Shown here: positions 28,730-41,880 of the stretch, in pieces | How the letters are laid out: the number at the start of each line of letters is the position of its first letter | How positions within the stretch are numbered: the first letter of the stretch is position 1 | Origin: Lingula anatina | Taxonomy: Eukaryota; Animalia; Brachiopoda | Direction: 5' to 3' | DNA length: 64,000 nucleotides | NCBI GenBank assembly: GCA_051362555.1 | Contig: CM120645.1 | Span: forward strand, 12,772,001-12,836,000 | Position numbers and translations under genes: made by a program | Notes under the pieces: generated by a model | What the model saw: only the letters and a program-made list of their open reading frames with translations | Told to the model about the DNA's origin: nothing | Database searches by the model: none

Positions 28730-28860
28730 AGAAGTACACGTGGAAATTTCCCTCGAAATGACGTCAGAGTCGAAAACGAGTTTACTACGCTACTATTGGC
28801 GATCCCTTGTCATGTGACCAAGCTGTCCGCCATACTACTAAATTGGGAATCTCCCTGGAA
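28730..28860 (+). promoter_or_regulatory. RYBP promoter motif cluster
   Basis: CACGTG at 28737, GGAAATTTCCC at 28742, TGACGTCA at 28759, ATTGG at about 28795, GTCATGTGAC at 28809, CCGCCAT at about 28827 and GGGAATCTCC at 28845. No TATA box. Confidence 0.6.
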
Positions 28861-28908
28861 AATTTTCACAGGGTCGATTTTAGAAAATTTGGACCGAGGA
28901 AGGCTTCC

Positions 28909-28934
28909 ATGGAAGAAAAAAGAAGCTCCGGCAG
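28909..28934 (+). CDS. RYBP: RYBP/YAF2 exon 1 (MEEKRSSG-R)
   Basis: ATG followed by AG|GTAAGA, phase-compatible with exon 2. Resembles the YAF2 N-terminus MGDKKSPTRPKR. Confidence 0.8.
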
Positions 28935-31317
28935 GTAAGAGAAGACAGTACCGACCTGTTGTGATCCCTTACTGTACAACATCACCGGTTAATCTCGTAC
29001 TGTAGCAGGATGAAACCGACGTCTTTGTCTCTACCATGAAATGAACTAGTTGGTTGACCTGAAAATACTTGACCTGATTTTTCATGCTTAGAGAGGTATC
29101 CATGCTATGCGAACTTAGAGGTAGATACGCAGGTGAAATGGTGCATGGGTGTGCGCCAAAACTTAGTTCTAAATGATATCTGTGAGCGGGAACGTCTGGG
29201 GTTGTGTGGGCTCCAGTTTAGTCTCCATCATATAAAACTACGCGAACTTGTGCCACACATTAGGTAGGACTTTATTAGTTGATGCTAACATTAACACTCC
29301 GCCCCCATATCGCACTTGTCACTGCACTAGAATATCCGAAATGTATTCAGTAAAAACCGCATGCTAGTAGGCGAAATGCAGTATCACACTTGCCTTTGTC
29401 AGTTTTAGTTACCTGAAGCTGGCATCATTCTTAATTATACAAATGGAAACCAATGCACTTAAAAGTTGAAGACCTAAAATATTTGCAGTACTAATGTAAC
29501 GTGAAAACCCATCCATTGCACAAGTGGGCCCGTACACACTACCACAAAGCATCACTTATTTAATTATGAAGACTAAAAGTTACTGCGCTGTCTTTCCTCC
29601 CAACACATACACGTTCTATTTTGGGGTAGCCGTACATGTGGGAGTGTTGGCTATCAAATGGCTGTCAAAGCCAGGGGTAATCCTAGAGAGGGGTGAGAAA
29701 CGTCCATTGTTCTCGTCAGCGAGGCTGGCTTTTTTCAGGGTATGTACGCACAGACAGAAAACTAAGTATTGTGGGAACGTTACTAATGAAGCCACTTGTA
29801 GTACTAGTAGATATCAGCCTGTAGTCTTGAACAAGCGCCTCGATGACGAGTGAACAGTTGTCAAAAACAAAAGACCCAGGTGTGGTAGTTCGACTACTGT
29901 TCATGCGTGCCGCAAAGACCAAACCTAATTGCTCCTCAAGGTCACAAAACAATATCCGGTACTGACGGCTAGGCTCGTCTTAATCATATAAGTAGCGCGT
30001 TTCCACCGCCTGTCAAAGCACAGGATGTCAGCCATCTTGGTACAACGGCAGTCTCACTGTGATTTTCAGTGTTTTATTAATTACTTGACTGTGAGCAGTG
30101 TTGTCCCTGCAATTCAAATGAATTTGTATGGCAATTCACTTTTCATTATTTTCGATGTTTTTACTAGAAACTTCAAACCCGTTCAAATGTCATGAGAGCT
30201 GAGGCCATCTCAGGAGTGAACATTTTCTGTAATTTTATTGGTCGGAGAGCTTAAAGTTAATGATAAATCTTGAAAAAATTGAAAATTGCCTGGTTCTAAC
30301 AAATTAATACAAAAAAACAGAAATTAATCAAAGTGACCACAATTGAATTTTGAAAATATTAAAAAAAACAAAAAAAAACCTTAAACTTGGCAAGTTGGGG
30401 GGGGGGGGGAGAACTGCAATAGCACCGCCATTTCTGTGACTGTCACACTGAATGGATTGAGGTCATTTCAATCAATTCTGGAAAGTACGTCAATGGGGGC
30501 TGTTGACTGCACTGTCTCATATTGATCCTACTTGATGCTGTCTAGGCATTGCATACAGATTCAAAGTATCACACTGTGCTGTCGGGAAGTCTAAATTATA
30601 CTGCCAGTAGCAAATATAATAAACTTCACATGAACAGTGACATGCTTATGTCATGTATTGGAGACTAGGAATTGTTTGTCTTTCACACCACGTTGATTCT
30701 CAGTAAATTGTATTGAGCATTTTAAGTGTTCCTCTTGGAAGTAGGTGCTAAATCAATGACTTAATGATCTTTTCAAGGTGCCTTCTATTGTATATGTTGC
30801 CACGTTGTCACATCTGATGCTAGAAAATCTTTCTGTTCTTGACATTGATATATCCAATATAAGGGAAAAAACCTGTTTGTTTTATCTCAATTTTTCTGAA
30901 CGAAATGGCAAGCAAAGAAGTAGTGACAGGTGCGTGGAGAAAAACTGACACAGAAAGGGAGATCTAGCAGCATACCACTCCAATTATCTCCATATTGTCT
31001 GATATATACTTAATAGAGATTATAAGCCTGCCTTCACTTTCTGCCTTTCACTCATGAATGATGTCAGGAGGAAATGAAAAACAGAGATAGAGAGAAGGCA
31101 GCAGCAGGCTTTTACTGTTACAGAATCTTTCGAGTTTGAAATGGAAATCACTGTAGGAAATTTGATAAATTTTTTGTCTGTTTTTTTTTGTGATTTATCA
31201 TATGATACATGAACTAGGAAGATAAAAAAAATTGTTTTCCAGACTGTAATTTAGGCTACAGCCTTATTGTGATAGAATGCTGGTGACGCAGCTGTCAAGG
31301 TGCATTGTATACATCCT

Positions 31318-31486
31318 GCTGGGGTAGCGCTAACTCTCTCCAATTTAGCCAAATGCTAAAACTGACTAAAATTGGCTGAACAAAATAGGGTTGATTTGAC
31401 TTGTTTTAGTCAATTTAAACCATTTGGAGAAACAAGTGATAAAAAGTAGTCATTTGGCTAAAAAAAAAAAAATTGCTAGCACCACT
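31318..31486. mobile_element. Possible decayed small hAT-like MITE
   Basis: Imperfect terminal inversion (GGGGTAGCGCTAA ... TTGCTAGCACCACT) and internal TTAGCC/GGCTAA motifs. Confidence 0.25.
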
Positions 31487-32392
31487 TAAGACAGGTCTAA
31501 TTGCCAGTTACACCAGATGCCCTATAAGTGTTTTGACATTACACAATTCTTAGACAAGAGAAGATGGCAATATTGGTGTCATTTAGAACTTGTTATCCAC
31601 TCAAGATAGATACTAAATTTTTCAGTTGGTGGGAAGAGCAAAAATATTGATGGTAGATGCAAAAGTTATGATGAAGAAAAACGTAATTTGAAATATCTCT
31701 TAATACATTTTTATTTTAGCAGTAATACCGCTGATCTTACATTTTACTTTCAACAAAAAATTAAGCTTTACTTTGTTATACTGTAGGCCTTTATATTTTT
31801 CTTTCATTTACACCATTCATTTTAGGTTCTTTTTTTTTTTTTCGATATTTTTATTTAAGGTCTTTTCACTGGTTTTCACTCTTACTGATCTGCTTAATAT
31901 GTTCATCACACTGAAATGCATTAATGGTGCAGTTTTAAAGAGATGGATATTATTATCAAATTCCATGTGACAACACAACTTCAGCAGTTCTAAAAATACC
32001 AATTTGTCTGTGATGCTCTGTCAATTTAATTCTATTTCAGCAACTCGCGGCCAATTTTACTCCATTAATCCAACTGAGTTGCATTGAATTTGCTGATAAC
32101 CACTGCGCAGTTCTCGATGGTCTTTTCTGACCTAGTCTGACTTCACAGCATGCCATGCTCTGTTATCTAATATAAAATTGCCCTGTACATGAAAATAGCA
32201 TTTCATGTTTTTTTTGGGAAAAATGAACCATAGATTTTATTTTGATTATGGTGATAAGGCATATCTGAATATTGCTACCTATTTGAAAGTGTGAAAGTGA
32301 CATTTAGGGCACTTGTTCGTTGTGAGTGATTATTCAGTTAATACTGAAGTCAGTCTGTGCTAAGACCTGTACTAGTATGTACTAGTAGTAAT

Positions 32393-34081
32393 TTCAGGCC
32401 TACCCAACTACCAGACTTGGCACCGAATGATCCTGAATTCACCGGTAGATCAGACCACACTACCTGTTTTCAAGGTGTGTGTCAGATCGCATTACACAGT
32501 ATCATACCCTGAACACATTTTGAGTGGTGATGCAATGCTTTTCAACCCCGCTGAGAATCGTCACTATCACATCGCATACTAGGCAAGAGTGGTGTCGCGT
32601 CTGATACTGTGTAATGCGATCTGACGCACACCTTGAAAACGGGTAGTGTTGTCTGATCTACCGGTGAATTCAGGATCATTCGGCAGGGCTCGACATTAGC
32701 GCCTGTCCGCCTGTCCGGGACAGGTAAAAATTCAGTTCGGACAGGTGAAGTTGCAGGGTTGGCTGTCCGACGGACAGGTCATGCTTTATGAGAAATTTGG
32801 AGCAAAAATCTTTAAAAATCACTTTTTGTTGCATACTAACGTCTTTTTGCCTCTTCCTAGACGACATTGAAAAAGAGTGACCTACTTTTGGCACAAAACA
32901 CATGCAGTCGCAAAACGAAGTCTGAGCAAACTTACCGCCAAATTATGAAAGTGAACACCCTCCAGAACTTCAGCAGACAAAATTTATTCACATATCAGGT
33001 TCACTACTGAACATTTATTTAGTTAAAAATTTACGTGGTTTAGTAATAAAGACACTTCCATAAACAGAATCTACACAAGTACTGTGCTGGAGCCAGATTG
33101 GACTGGATGAACTGGCTATATCTAGTTCGTTGTCAAGGCAACAAACTGCCTGTCAATCAAACACGTTGTATGCTATCTGCTCACTATAGACAGTGATATC
33201 TTTGGGGCTGAAGATCTTGTTGAAATGTTGTTTATTTGCCAAAATATAACCTGAAATTTTGTATGATGTTTTTTTTTTAATGACTCTAGCATCACCTCTG
33301 TTATTTACAGTTTAAAATTTAGTGCTGGAATATGATAAATTAACATTGCTCTCATATACCAGTGTGATATTGATGTAAGGAAGAAATTAGTAATAACAAA
33401 TATGAGAATTTTAATAAAAAGAAGGGGAACTTTTTTATACTGATTTTATTTAGTTCATATATGTTTAAAAAATCAAACACGTGATAACCCCTTAAAAAGT
33501 TAAATTGTTAACATAAATATAAGTAAAGTATTATAAAATTTCTTTAATTTTCATTGAAATTTATTCAAATATTATAAATTTTGAATATTTTAATAAAATT
33601 AATTTAACAGTACTGTACCCCCTCCCTACTTCCCACTCAGGGTTTTTTTTTTAGCTTTGGTTAAACTTCATGTGAATCTGTTATCAAATTGCAGACTTAC
33701 AATTAGTAGACCCTGTACCCCAAATCCTAGGAGAAGCCCTGATGTGAATTATCAGACTTAAATGCAAGATTAAATCTTCAGGAGTTCACAAGTATGAAAA
33801 AACAAATTTTAATCTGAACATAGATTCACTTTAAGGTGCATTTTCGGGGCTCATATGATTGAATGTTTTGGTAATATATACATTAATTTAAATGTATGAC
33901 CACACATATAAATTGACAAAGTTCAAATGTATGAATAGAAAAAATTTATTGGTTTTGTGGACAGGTTGGATTGAAAATCGGACAGGTCAAATTTATGAGC
34001 ACCTGTCCGAAGGACAGGTGCTCATAAAAGTTAGTGTCTAGCCCTGTTCGGTGCCGAGTCTGGTAGTTGGGTAGGCCTGAA
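32393..34081. mobile_element. Foldback MITE (about 330 bp, about 110-bp TIRs) interrupted in its right arm
   Basis: Left arm 32393 to about 32503 is the reverse complement of 32603-32683 joined to 34052-34081. Confidence 0.9.
32684..34046. mobile_element. Non-autonomous hAT-like DNA transposon, 1363 bp, 5-bp TSD (hAT5-like)
   Basis: TIRs CAGGGCTCGACATTAGC and CAGGGCTAGACACTAAC. TSD TTCGG at 32679-83 and 34047-51. Subterminal CCTGTCCG/GGACAGG repeats at both ends. Confidence 0.9.
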
Positions 34082-34091
34082 TTTTAAAAAT

Positions 34092-34139
<48 letters not shown>

Positions 34140-35419
34140 ACACACACACACACGGGTTTCTCCCTCTTTCATACACACATCTGGGTTTTAAACTCCCTCT
34201 CGTTCTCCCTCTCTCTTATGCATGCACACAGTGGCTTTTCATTATCTTACACACATGTACAAGTGGACTTCTCTCTCTCTCTCAGTCTCTCTCTCTCTCA
34301 CACATACACACGCGTGCGCACACACACACACACACACACACACACCCTCCCACCTCAGCCCTTCAGTAACAACCAAACAACCAATGATAGCAGATGAAGC
34401 ACACTTTTTTTCAACCTAATCAATTAAAATTTGTGAATATGATGATTAAATGATTGATTTTTAGACGAGGTTAATTTCCCTACAGCTGTTAGTGAAAAAA
34501 GAAAAAAAAATCTATATCAGCTGCTTTGAGCAATACCAGAAAGAAAAAAAAAGGAAATCCACATAAGGCCTGCAAATTGTTAGTAAATCCCAAATTTCAT
34601 CCAGAGTCAAAAATATGAAGTCTAGACAAGGGATCCACATACCATAGTAAATAGTTTATGAGGTCATAACCCAGACCAGTGTCGGTGAACTTCTCAAGGG
34701 TGTTTACGTTATGTTAGAGTGACGTGTGTAACAGCGTGTAACGTGTAACGCGGAAGCTGGAATAATGTGGAACGGCCAACTGCTACTACAGTCTGCCTGG
34801 AGTAGGGTTGTACAATGTTTTTGATGTTTTCATAGCTGCCATTAATTTCTTTTTTTTTTTTTTAATTAAAAAAATTTTTTTTTGTAGCCCAGTAAAATAT
34901 TTTTCACCATTGCCTGTGAATATCATTTTTGATGGTTGTTACAGCACAAAAAATGTTGAAAATATGAAAGTACAGTATTAATTTCTAATTACTGTGATTA
35001 AGTTCCAGCAATTTGCTTGGCAATGCATGTTTGAATTAGTGCATGCATGTATGATCTGTTATTATGTAAGCAAGTGAGAGCAATCTCACTACAAAACAGC
35101 TCACAAATTCATCCAAGTGACGTCTGTTTGGATGTATGTGCATGTAACAGAATTTCTGGTATTTAGGTCTTTCTTCTAATAAATTTGGGCCCAAGAAGGT
35201 TTTGAAAACAACATACATACACTGGTAAAGTTTTTCTGGTTGCCATAAGTGATCTATGAAATGTGAGTTTTTATGTACAGCAATTCTAAATATAGTGAAC
35301 GTTTGGAGAGAAAAAGGAATATTATCCTAGAGATATTGATCTGTATGTGCACAAACATCAAACTTGTATAAATTTTTTAATTCCTAATTGTTCTGTTTTT
35401 ATCAATATTTTCACTTCAG

Positions 35420-35539
35420 ATCCAAGCGGATAAGAACAGCAGAAGAAGAGGGCTGGGACTGCAGCGTGTGTACCTACAGAAACTCTCCGGAAGCCTTTAA
35501 ATGTGATATGTGCGATGTACGGAAGGGGACATCCACTAG
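35420..35539 (+). CDS. RYBP: RYBP/YAF2 exon 2 (RanBP2-type zinc finger)
   Basis: [29 protein letters not shown] with canonical AG/GT boundaries. Confidence 0.97.
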
Positions 35540-36096
35540 GTATGTCTCCCTCCCTCTGTCTCTCTCTCACCTGCCTTCGTTACCTATTTCTCTCTCTCTA
35601 TCTCTCTCTCTCTTTTCCCCTTCCTTTCCTGCCTTTTTGTTAAGACCATTTAATTTCAGAATATGTTCACAGTTTAAGTAAGGATTTGATTAGCAAAATG
35701 ATTATTGAGTTGACATTTTCATCATAAAAATGAGAAAACACCCCCATCAAATGGTACATTTTTCCTGGTAATCATCCAAAAAGTAGAAGTGTTTTGATCA
35801 ATATTAATGACGCTGCCAGATCCACCTTGTAGTATAAAATGATGCAAGTCCCTGAAGACCGATTATCAACAACTTCTCCACCCACGCCACCTTCAGTATC
35901 CCATCAATTATTTAACTTTTTTCACAACTGGCCCAGTTTCCGCAAGAGTAGTCAAAGCAGTCAGACTGACATCTATTTAATGCCTAGTCAATTCTTGTGT
36001 TAACCCGAGGGGTAATTTTTTTTTACTCAATGTAGTCAGTGTTACTGTTATGGTCATTGGATTTGTAATTGAACGCTTGCTTTTATTGATATTTAG

Positions 36097-36228
36097 GAAA
36101 CCCAGAATAAACCCTCAATTGGTTACGCAGCAGTTGGCGCAACAGTTTGCACCGCCTCCTCCCCCGAAGAAAGACAAAAAAGAGCTCGGCGGCAGAAAGA
36201 AAGAGCATGGTGTGAATGGACTGAAAAA
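36097..36228 (+). CDS. RYBP: RYBP/YAF2 exon 3
   Basis: KPRINPQLVTQQLAQQFAPPPPPKKDKKE. Donor AA|GTAAGT. Confidence 0.95.
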
Positions 36229-37417
36229 GTAAGTGAATTTTAGGGGGATGTAAATTGTTTTCCCCTTGCTATCCAGTGGTGGGCAACAAAAAAGATCATG
36301 GATTAATGTCATCTAGAAGGCTTAAACAGCTGGCATATATAATGTTTTTCTGGCATAGTTTCTGCTATAAAACGTGGTCAAGATGTTTTAAAAGTTAACC
36401 CAGTTATGTTATTAAGAACCTCAAAATGATGGAGAGCTCTAAATAAAATGGAATTGGCATGCATGGTATTAGTTAATATCTTTTCTTATCACCTTGGGAA
36501 TGACATCTCTGATACAGAAAAATCCTGAAAGCATTTTGGTCATGGTTTCATCCAAAAATGAATGGTACTATGTGGAATTGACTCAAACAAAAAAATCAAA
36601 CCAAAATTGTTAACACCTATTGCTATCCAAATATAAGAAAATCAGAAAAGTAGATATGACAATTTTGGGGGTTAGAGTTAGTCTTACAAATCTTTTTCTG
36701 TGAGAAAGATTCTTCTTGGGTAGCTGGCAATGCTGAAGGTAAATGTTGCTATTTTGTGAGACAAGAACGAAAACAGAGACAAGAACGAAAACAATTCAGA
36801 ACTGATTTATATAGAGCTACATTCTTTGTAAGTCAGGAGACCAGCAGTTGTGGAAGCAATTGTGGTAGGATGCCAGCGTGGGGGATTGGTTTGAGGTCAA
36901 GGGCATTCATTTATAAGGAAAAGTTGAGATGTCTTGTAATTCTTTAGAGAACGTCTTTCATCTCTGAGAATAGCTGACCTTGGAACAGAGTAGTACATTC
37001 CTATTCCAGATTTTACACATATCTTGTGTGAATGTATTGAATTTGGCAATAATTCCACGAGCAGACGATTAACTAAGTGGCGTTATTTATACGTCCATGT
37101 CTTGCATGTTGGAGGGAAAATGTAAACAAAACAGCTACCATGGGCACGGCATGTGTGCCACTTTGAGATTTTGATCTGTAAATGTCAGATGACAATTTGG
37201 AAATTCTTTTGAATATAGGCATGTACTTGGTACTGATAATTGCATCATTTCAAATTATTTGGGAAATAGGGGAAATTAGATGTGTGTTAGGTTAATTTGA
37301 AGTCAAGTTAGTGAAAATTGACTGCAGAGGATGAGTTAAGGCTTTACGTTTTCAGATAATTTCTCATGTCATCTATCCTAAGGATTCTCATCGTTTATGT
37401 AATGTTTTCCTTTCCAG

Positions 37418-37685
37418 GCTCCCACGACTGAAGAATATTGATCGCAGCAGTGCTACGCACATGGAAGTTACAGTAGGCGCAGTAACAGTAATCATCACAG
37501 ACTACAAACCAAAAGAAAGGAATCTCTCTTCAGAAACAAACAATAACAGTAACAATAATAACAAAAACAAGTTCGGCAACAGTGACGGGAATAGCACATC
37601 TAATAACAGTAGCGATGCAGAGGACAGCAATGACTCTGTGGATACAATAGAATATGACCAAGAGGACATAGCGGAGGAAGCATAA
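37418..37685 (+). CDS. RYBP: RYBP/YAF2 exon 4 (RING1-binding YAF2_RYBP domain, stop)
   Basis: [31 protein letters not shown], then an N/S/acidic tail. Total CDS is 546 nt, giving 181 aa. Confidence 0.97.
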
Positions 37686-37794
37686 ATTGTCTGGACTGTT
37701 TTAGTTAGCTACAGTGTGATTGATTCATCTGGGGAATTCAGGGAAGGTTGGATAAACGTCAACTCTTGGCTACAATCACAGACAGCACACACAG

Positions 37795-37980
37795 TTGGGG
37801 CCATGTTGACCTGTCAGTTGGACCATTGTTGACCTGTCAGTTAGGCCAATGTTGACCTGTCATTTGGGCCAATGTTGATTTGTCATTTGGGCCAGTGTTG
37901 TCCTGTCACTTGGGTCAATGTTGGCCTGTCACTTTGGCCAGTGTTGTCCTGTCACTCAGGCCAATGTTGACCTGTCACTT
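37795..37980 (+). repeat. Tandem 23-bp repeat (about 8 copies) in the RYBP 3'UTR
   Basis: Consensus TTGGGCCAATGTTGACCTGTCAS. Confidence 0.93.
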
Positions 37981-38128
37981 TGATGAGCTGTCTTCTGGGT
38001 CAGTGTTATATGAGATTTAGCCAATGTTGTGCTAATGTGACCAGTGGACTTGATCCAGGTTGGGTTTCTGATTATCAGACAACTGGGTAAATTTTGGAAT
38101 GAATGAGATCCATGTCTTAAGCCAAGGC

Positions 38129-38477
38129 TGGGCCAATGTTGACAGGTTGACTGGGCAATGTTGGGTCAAAGTTGACTTGTCAGCTTGCCTGTTGGATGGG
38201 CAATGTTGACCTGTTGGATGGGCAATGTTGGGTCAAAGTTGACTTGTCAGCTTGCCCAAGATGGGCTGATGTTGACCTGCTGACTGGACATTGTTGGGTC
38301 AAAGTTGACTTGTCAGCTTGCCCAAGATGGGCGGATGTTGACTTGCTGACTAGGCAATGTTGGGCCAAAGTTCACTTGTCAGCTTGCCCAACATGGGCTG
38401 ATGTTGACCTGCTGACTGGGCAATGTTGGGCCAAAGTTCACTTGTCAGCTTGCCCAACATGGGCTGATGTTGACCTG
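38129..38477 (+). repeat. Tandem 66-bp higher-order repeat (about 5 copies) in the RYBP 3'UTR
   Basis: Unit ATGGGCTGATGTTGACCTGCTGACTGGGCAATGTTGGGCCAAAGTTCACTTGTCAGCTTGCCCAAC. Confidence 0.93.
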
Positions 38478-41220
38478 AAGGCTGGTCCCATAGTAGGTCA
38501 AGGTTCTTCTGTGTTGAGTCAATTTTAGGAGCTATTTGCATTAATTTGGATAATATGATAAGGAAGATGTGTGGAAAAAGTATATTCATTTTGATCTTGA
38601 CTAGAATTTTTCGTGTCCATTTCTTAAAGCTCACTTTCATAAATGTGGTATGATTTCAGTGGATAATGATAATTCTGTCATTTAATGTCATCATCCAAGA
38701 TCATGTGATGTAGCTTGCACAGTTCCCAGTATTTCCTAGAACAAAATTCAGTTTATTAAAAAAAATTATGTCGATTTTTAAATTTCACAAGCACGGCATT
38801 CAGGTCAATTATGATTTAGACTCTTCTCTTTAAGATCAAATATTACCAGGATACATTTCATAAAGATTTGAATAATATTATAATATATATATGTTAATGT
38901 ATATAAACACTTTAATATAATTATGAAGTAATATAAGTTTAAATACATGGTGATGAGAGATGCGCTAAAGAACGTGTGAGACACCTGTTATAGCACAATA
39001 TTCTGTGTGTGCTGTATACTATATGGGAGTCTTCAGCATCCTCCACTGATCAATCCCATTGTGATAAGTTTATATTGAGAAATCCATAGCAGCATTGTCA
39101 AAGTTTCCCAAGGTCAAAATGATACTGACAGGTGCTTTGAAATGGAGTTAGAGCTATCACCAGGTGTATGTAATTTACATACAGTAAAACAAATGTATCT
39201 GGGGGGGAGAGAGGGGGGGGAAGGGGGTGTCATTACTCTCTGACACTTAATACATTTTTCTTTTTTTTGCAAATGGCTTAATATCACTAAGTATGACTAA
39301 ACAACATGTTTGTTTTTCCCTGTTAGTCATTGGCATGACGAAATTAGTTTCTAGATGTTTGGAAAACAATTAGTCAGTTTTTTTTGGTAAGAAAAAGGGG
39401 GGAGGGGCACTTTGATTGTGATGTACATGTGGTATGTATATGTGTTTGTGCCTGTGTTCAGGAGAGTATGTGAATGCAGTAGCTGATCTCACTATTGAAA
39501 TGTATTATACTTCAAAATCTATAACACTTGGCTTTGTATACAATATCATACAACTGTCGTGGTACTGGTTAAATATGTAATAGTGGTTGAATAGATTACA
39601 TGGCATTGTTCAAAGACCAGGCTGTAAATATACAAATTAAATGCCCTGGTCCGAAGTTGAGATTGGTCTTGGTTGGGTCCTAGACACTGAGCAAGAGCCA
39701 ATTTTATTTATGTAAAAATATGAATAGGTAAACATAAATGAAACTTGTACATGGTATGTAGCTCTGGACAGTGAAAATGGAGTTAACATCGAACAGAAAG
39801 GTCTCAGAAAGGTATTTTCATTTTCGGCACACAACCTTACAAATCGCTTGTTAATGCTTCTCGTGGACAGAAAGCGGTTTACTTTGCTCTGGACGTATTT
39901 TGATGATACATTTGTTTGTACCTGTGCAGTACACTGACTGAGGATGGTTATTTTATAGCAATAGATACATTTTAAGTCACTGCCATTCAGTAAGGAGGGA
40001 GAGAGAAGGTTTCTGTAACATGTATAGTATACAAAATATGTTTCAGCAGATAAGAAACAAGCCAGATTACATAAAATAGGTCTCTGATATATTGTAAACT
40101 TGACCCAAAAAGTTCCGAAACACGAAATTGTTTTTTCAATAAGTAAAAAAACTATGTAGTGGGGAAAATCATCTGAACTTTTTGGTTGAGTATATTTACC
40201 GGAGGTTTACATGAGCTGCACCATTTCAGAACTGGAGATAACGATATATTTTACCCACTTAACCTACTATTTTCAATAACAAGACGAGGCAGCTAATAGC
40301 AGAGTGCATCTCATATTTGTAGCATCAAAACTGGGCTAACTATCTATGGACAATGAAGCACATTTTAAGGTTAAGAAATTAATTTTAATTGTCAAGAATA
40401 TTGTAAATAAAAGTGTACATGTTAAAAATGAATAATGGGTTTTTATGGCTTTTGTATGGTTAGCATTTGAAGGAAAGCAGATATACTTTTGCAATGTCAT
40501 CTATTCATTTTCATGGTGTGGGCTCTGAAGCATTGCCTACTCATTGGGCCCTATGTGCAAGGTGCTCCTGAAAATTAATATGACAATTTATAGGATTTCA
40601 AACAAAACATGCAATTTGGAAAGGTATTCAACAGTATTCCAATACTTATCAACCCAAAATAATGGCTGGCTATCTGTCAATCTTCATCCATCAATTTACA
40701 CAGTAACTAAATATAAGTATTGTCTATGGAGGCATGAGCTGGTTATGCTTCCAGTACAAATGCAGTTTATTAGCAGAGATATTTATTTTATTAATTAAAA
40801 AGAAATTGGAGGACATAACTATCAATAATTTGAACAGGAAGATCCTAGGCAACGGAGTTGGTGGATGGCCACTTCACAGCATTGTGCATTGGGCAAACTG
40901 ATACTGTTTACTAGAAAAATGTTTATACATACTTTGAGAGACATCAGGTGATAGAAAGTGAAAGATAATTTCCGAGAAGCCCCACTCAGGTGGAGTGAAG
41001 CCACAGAAATATTAACAAAAGCCATATACTTAATCCACTGCATGTGAGCAGTTTGTTTTCTCTGCTGGTGAGAGTTAGAATTTGTCCTTTTATCCTGACA
41101 AAGATTCCACAGTTTGTTCCCAGCCAAACTATCTCGCAACATTGATCAATCCAACTCCACGGGGACTATAGCTGATTGCAAGCAGATTAACTGACACACC
41201 TCCTTAAGCAACAGGGGTGA

Positions 41221-41580
41221 TTAAAGGGATAACAACTGTTCATTTTGGCAAAAAAAAAAAGAAAAAAAAAAAAAGATTTTCCTGGGGTAAAGGACAATTT
41301 CCCGTACTAACCAATGGTTAATGAATCCATCCCAACATTCAAAGTTAGTCCCTGGTTTTTTTTTTTCTAAAGAGTTAGTTTTTTTATTATATTCTCTTAA
41401 GAGATTATTTTGAAGTATAGCCATCTATCTAGGTCACCCAAATGGCAAGCACAAATTCCAGAATTATTGCGTTAACTGCCGTTTTAGGGGTAAAATAGAA
41501 TTTATAATATTTCCATGAGTTGTTTACAATGTATTTATTGTGAAACATGAATTTCGTACAAACAGTCGTTATCCCTTTAA
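41221..41580. mobile_element. TTAA-target MITE (Kolobok-like), copy 1
   Basis: TTAA|AGGGATAAC ... GTTATCCCT|TTAA, collinear with 48667-49011. Confidence 0.85.
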
Positions 41581-41880
41581 CTTTTGTTTGTGCACAGCTT
41601 CTGGATGCTTTTTCACTTCATTTTGAGTGCAACTGAACATATACATAGGTTATAATTACATAAGATTGTAAGTTATTAAGATGGTTTTGTTATTCCCAGT
41701 GACAGATTTCTTAAGTCTAGAGGATAAAATGGCAATAAAAGAATGACACCATGCAATTGATTCTCTTCTGTATATGACTTGAAAGCAAACAATTTTGTTC
41801 AGGAAGAGTAACCTCCCTTATGGTATTGCTTTTATTTTTCCAGCTGAAATAGTAATTTGAAAAAAAAAAAAAATCCATCT

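Noticed and set aside
37795-38477. CRISPR-like appearance of the repeat array
   Set aside because: The units are contiguous with no unique spacers, there are no cas genes, and the context is eukaryotic.
38172-38528. 118-aa ORF with 22-aa Cys/Trp repeats
   Set aside because: It is open only because the 66-bp unit is a multiple of 3. It has a TTG start and lies behind the RYBP TAA with no in-frame link.
40822-41142. 106-aa minus-strand ORF
   Set aside because: TTG start, no domain motif and no clear splice boundaries.
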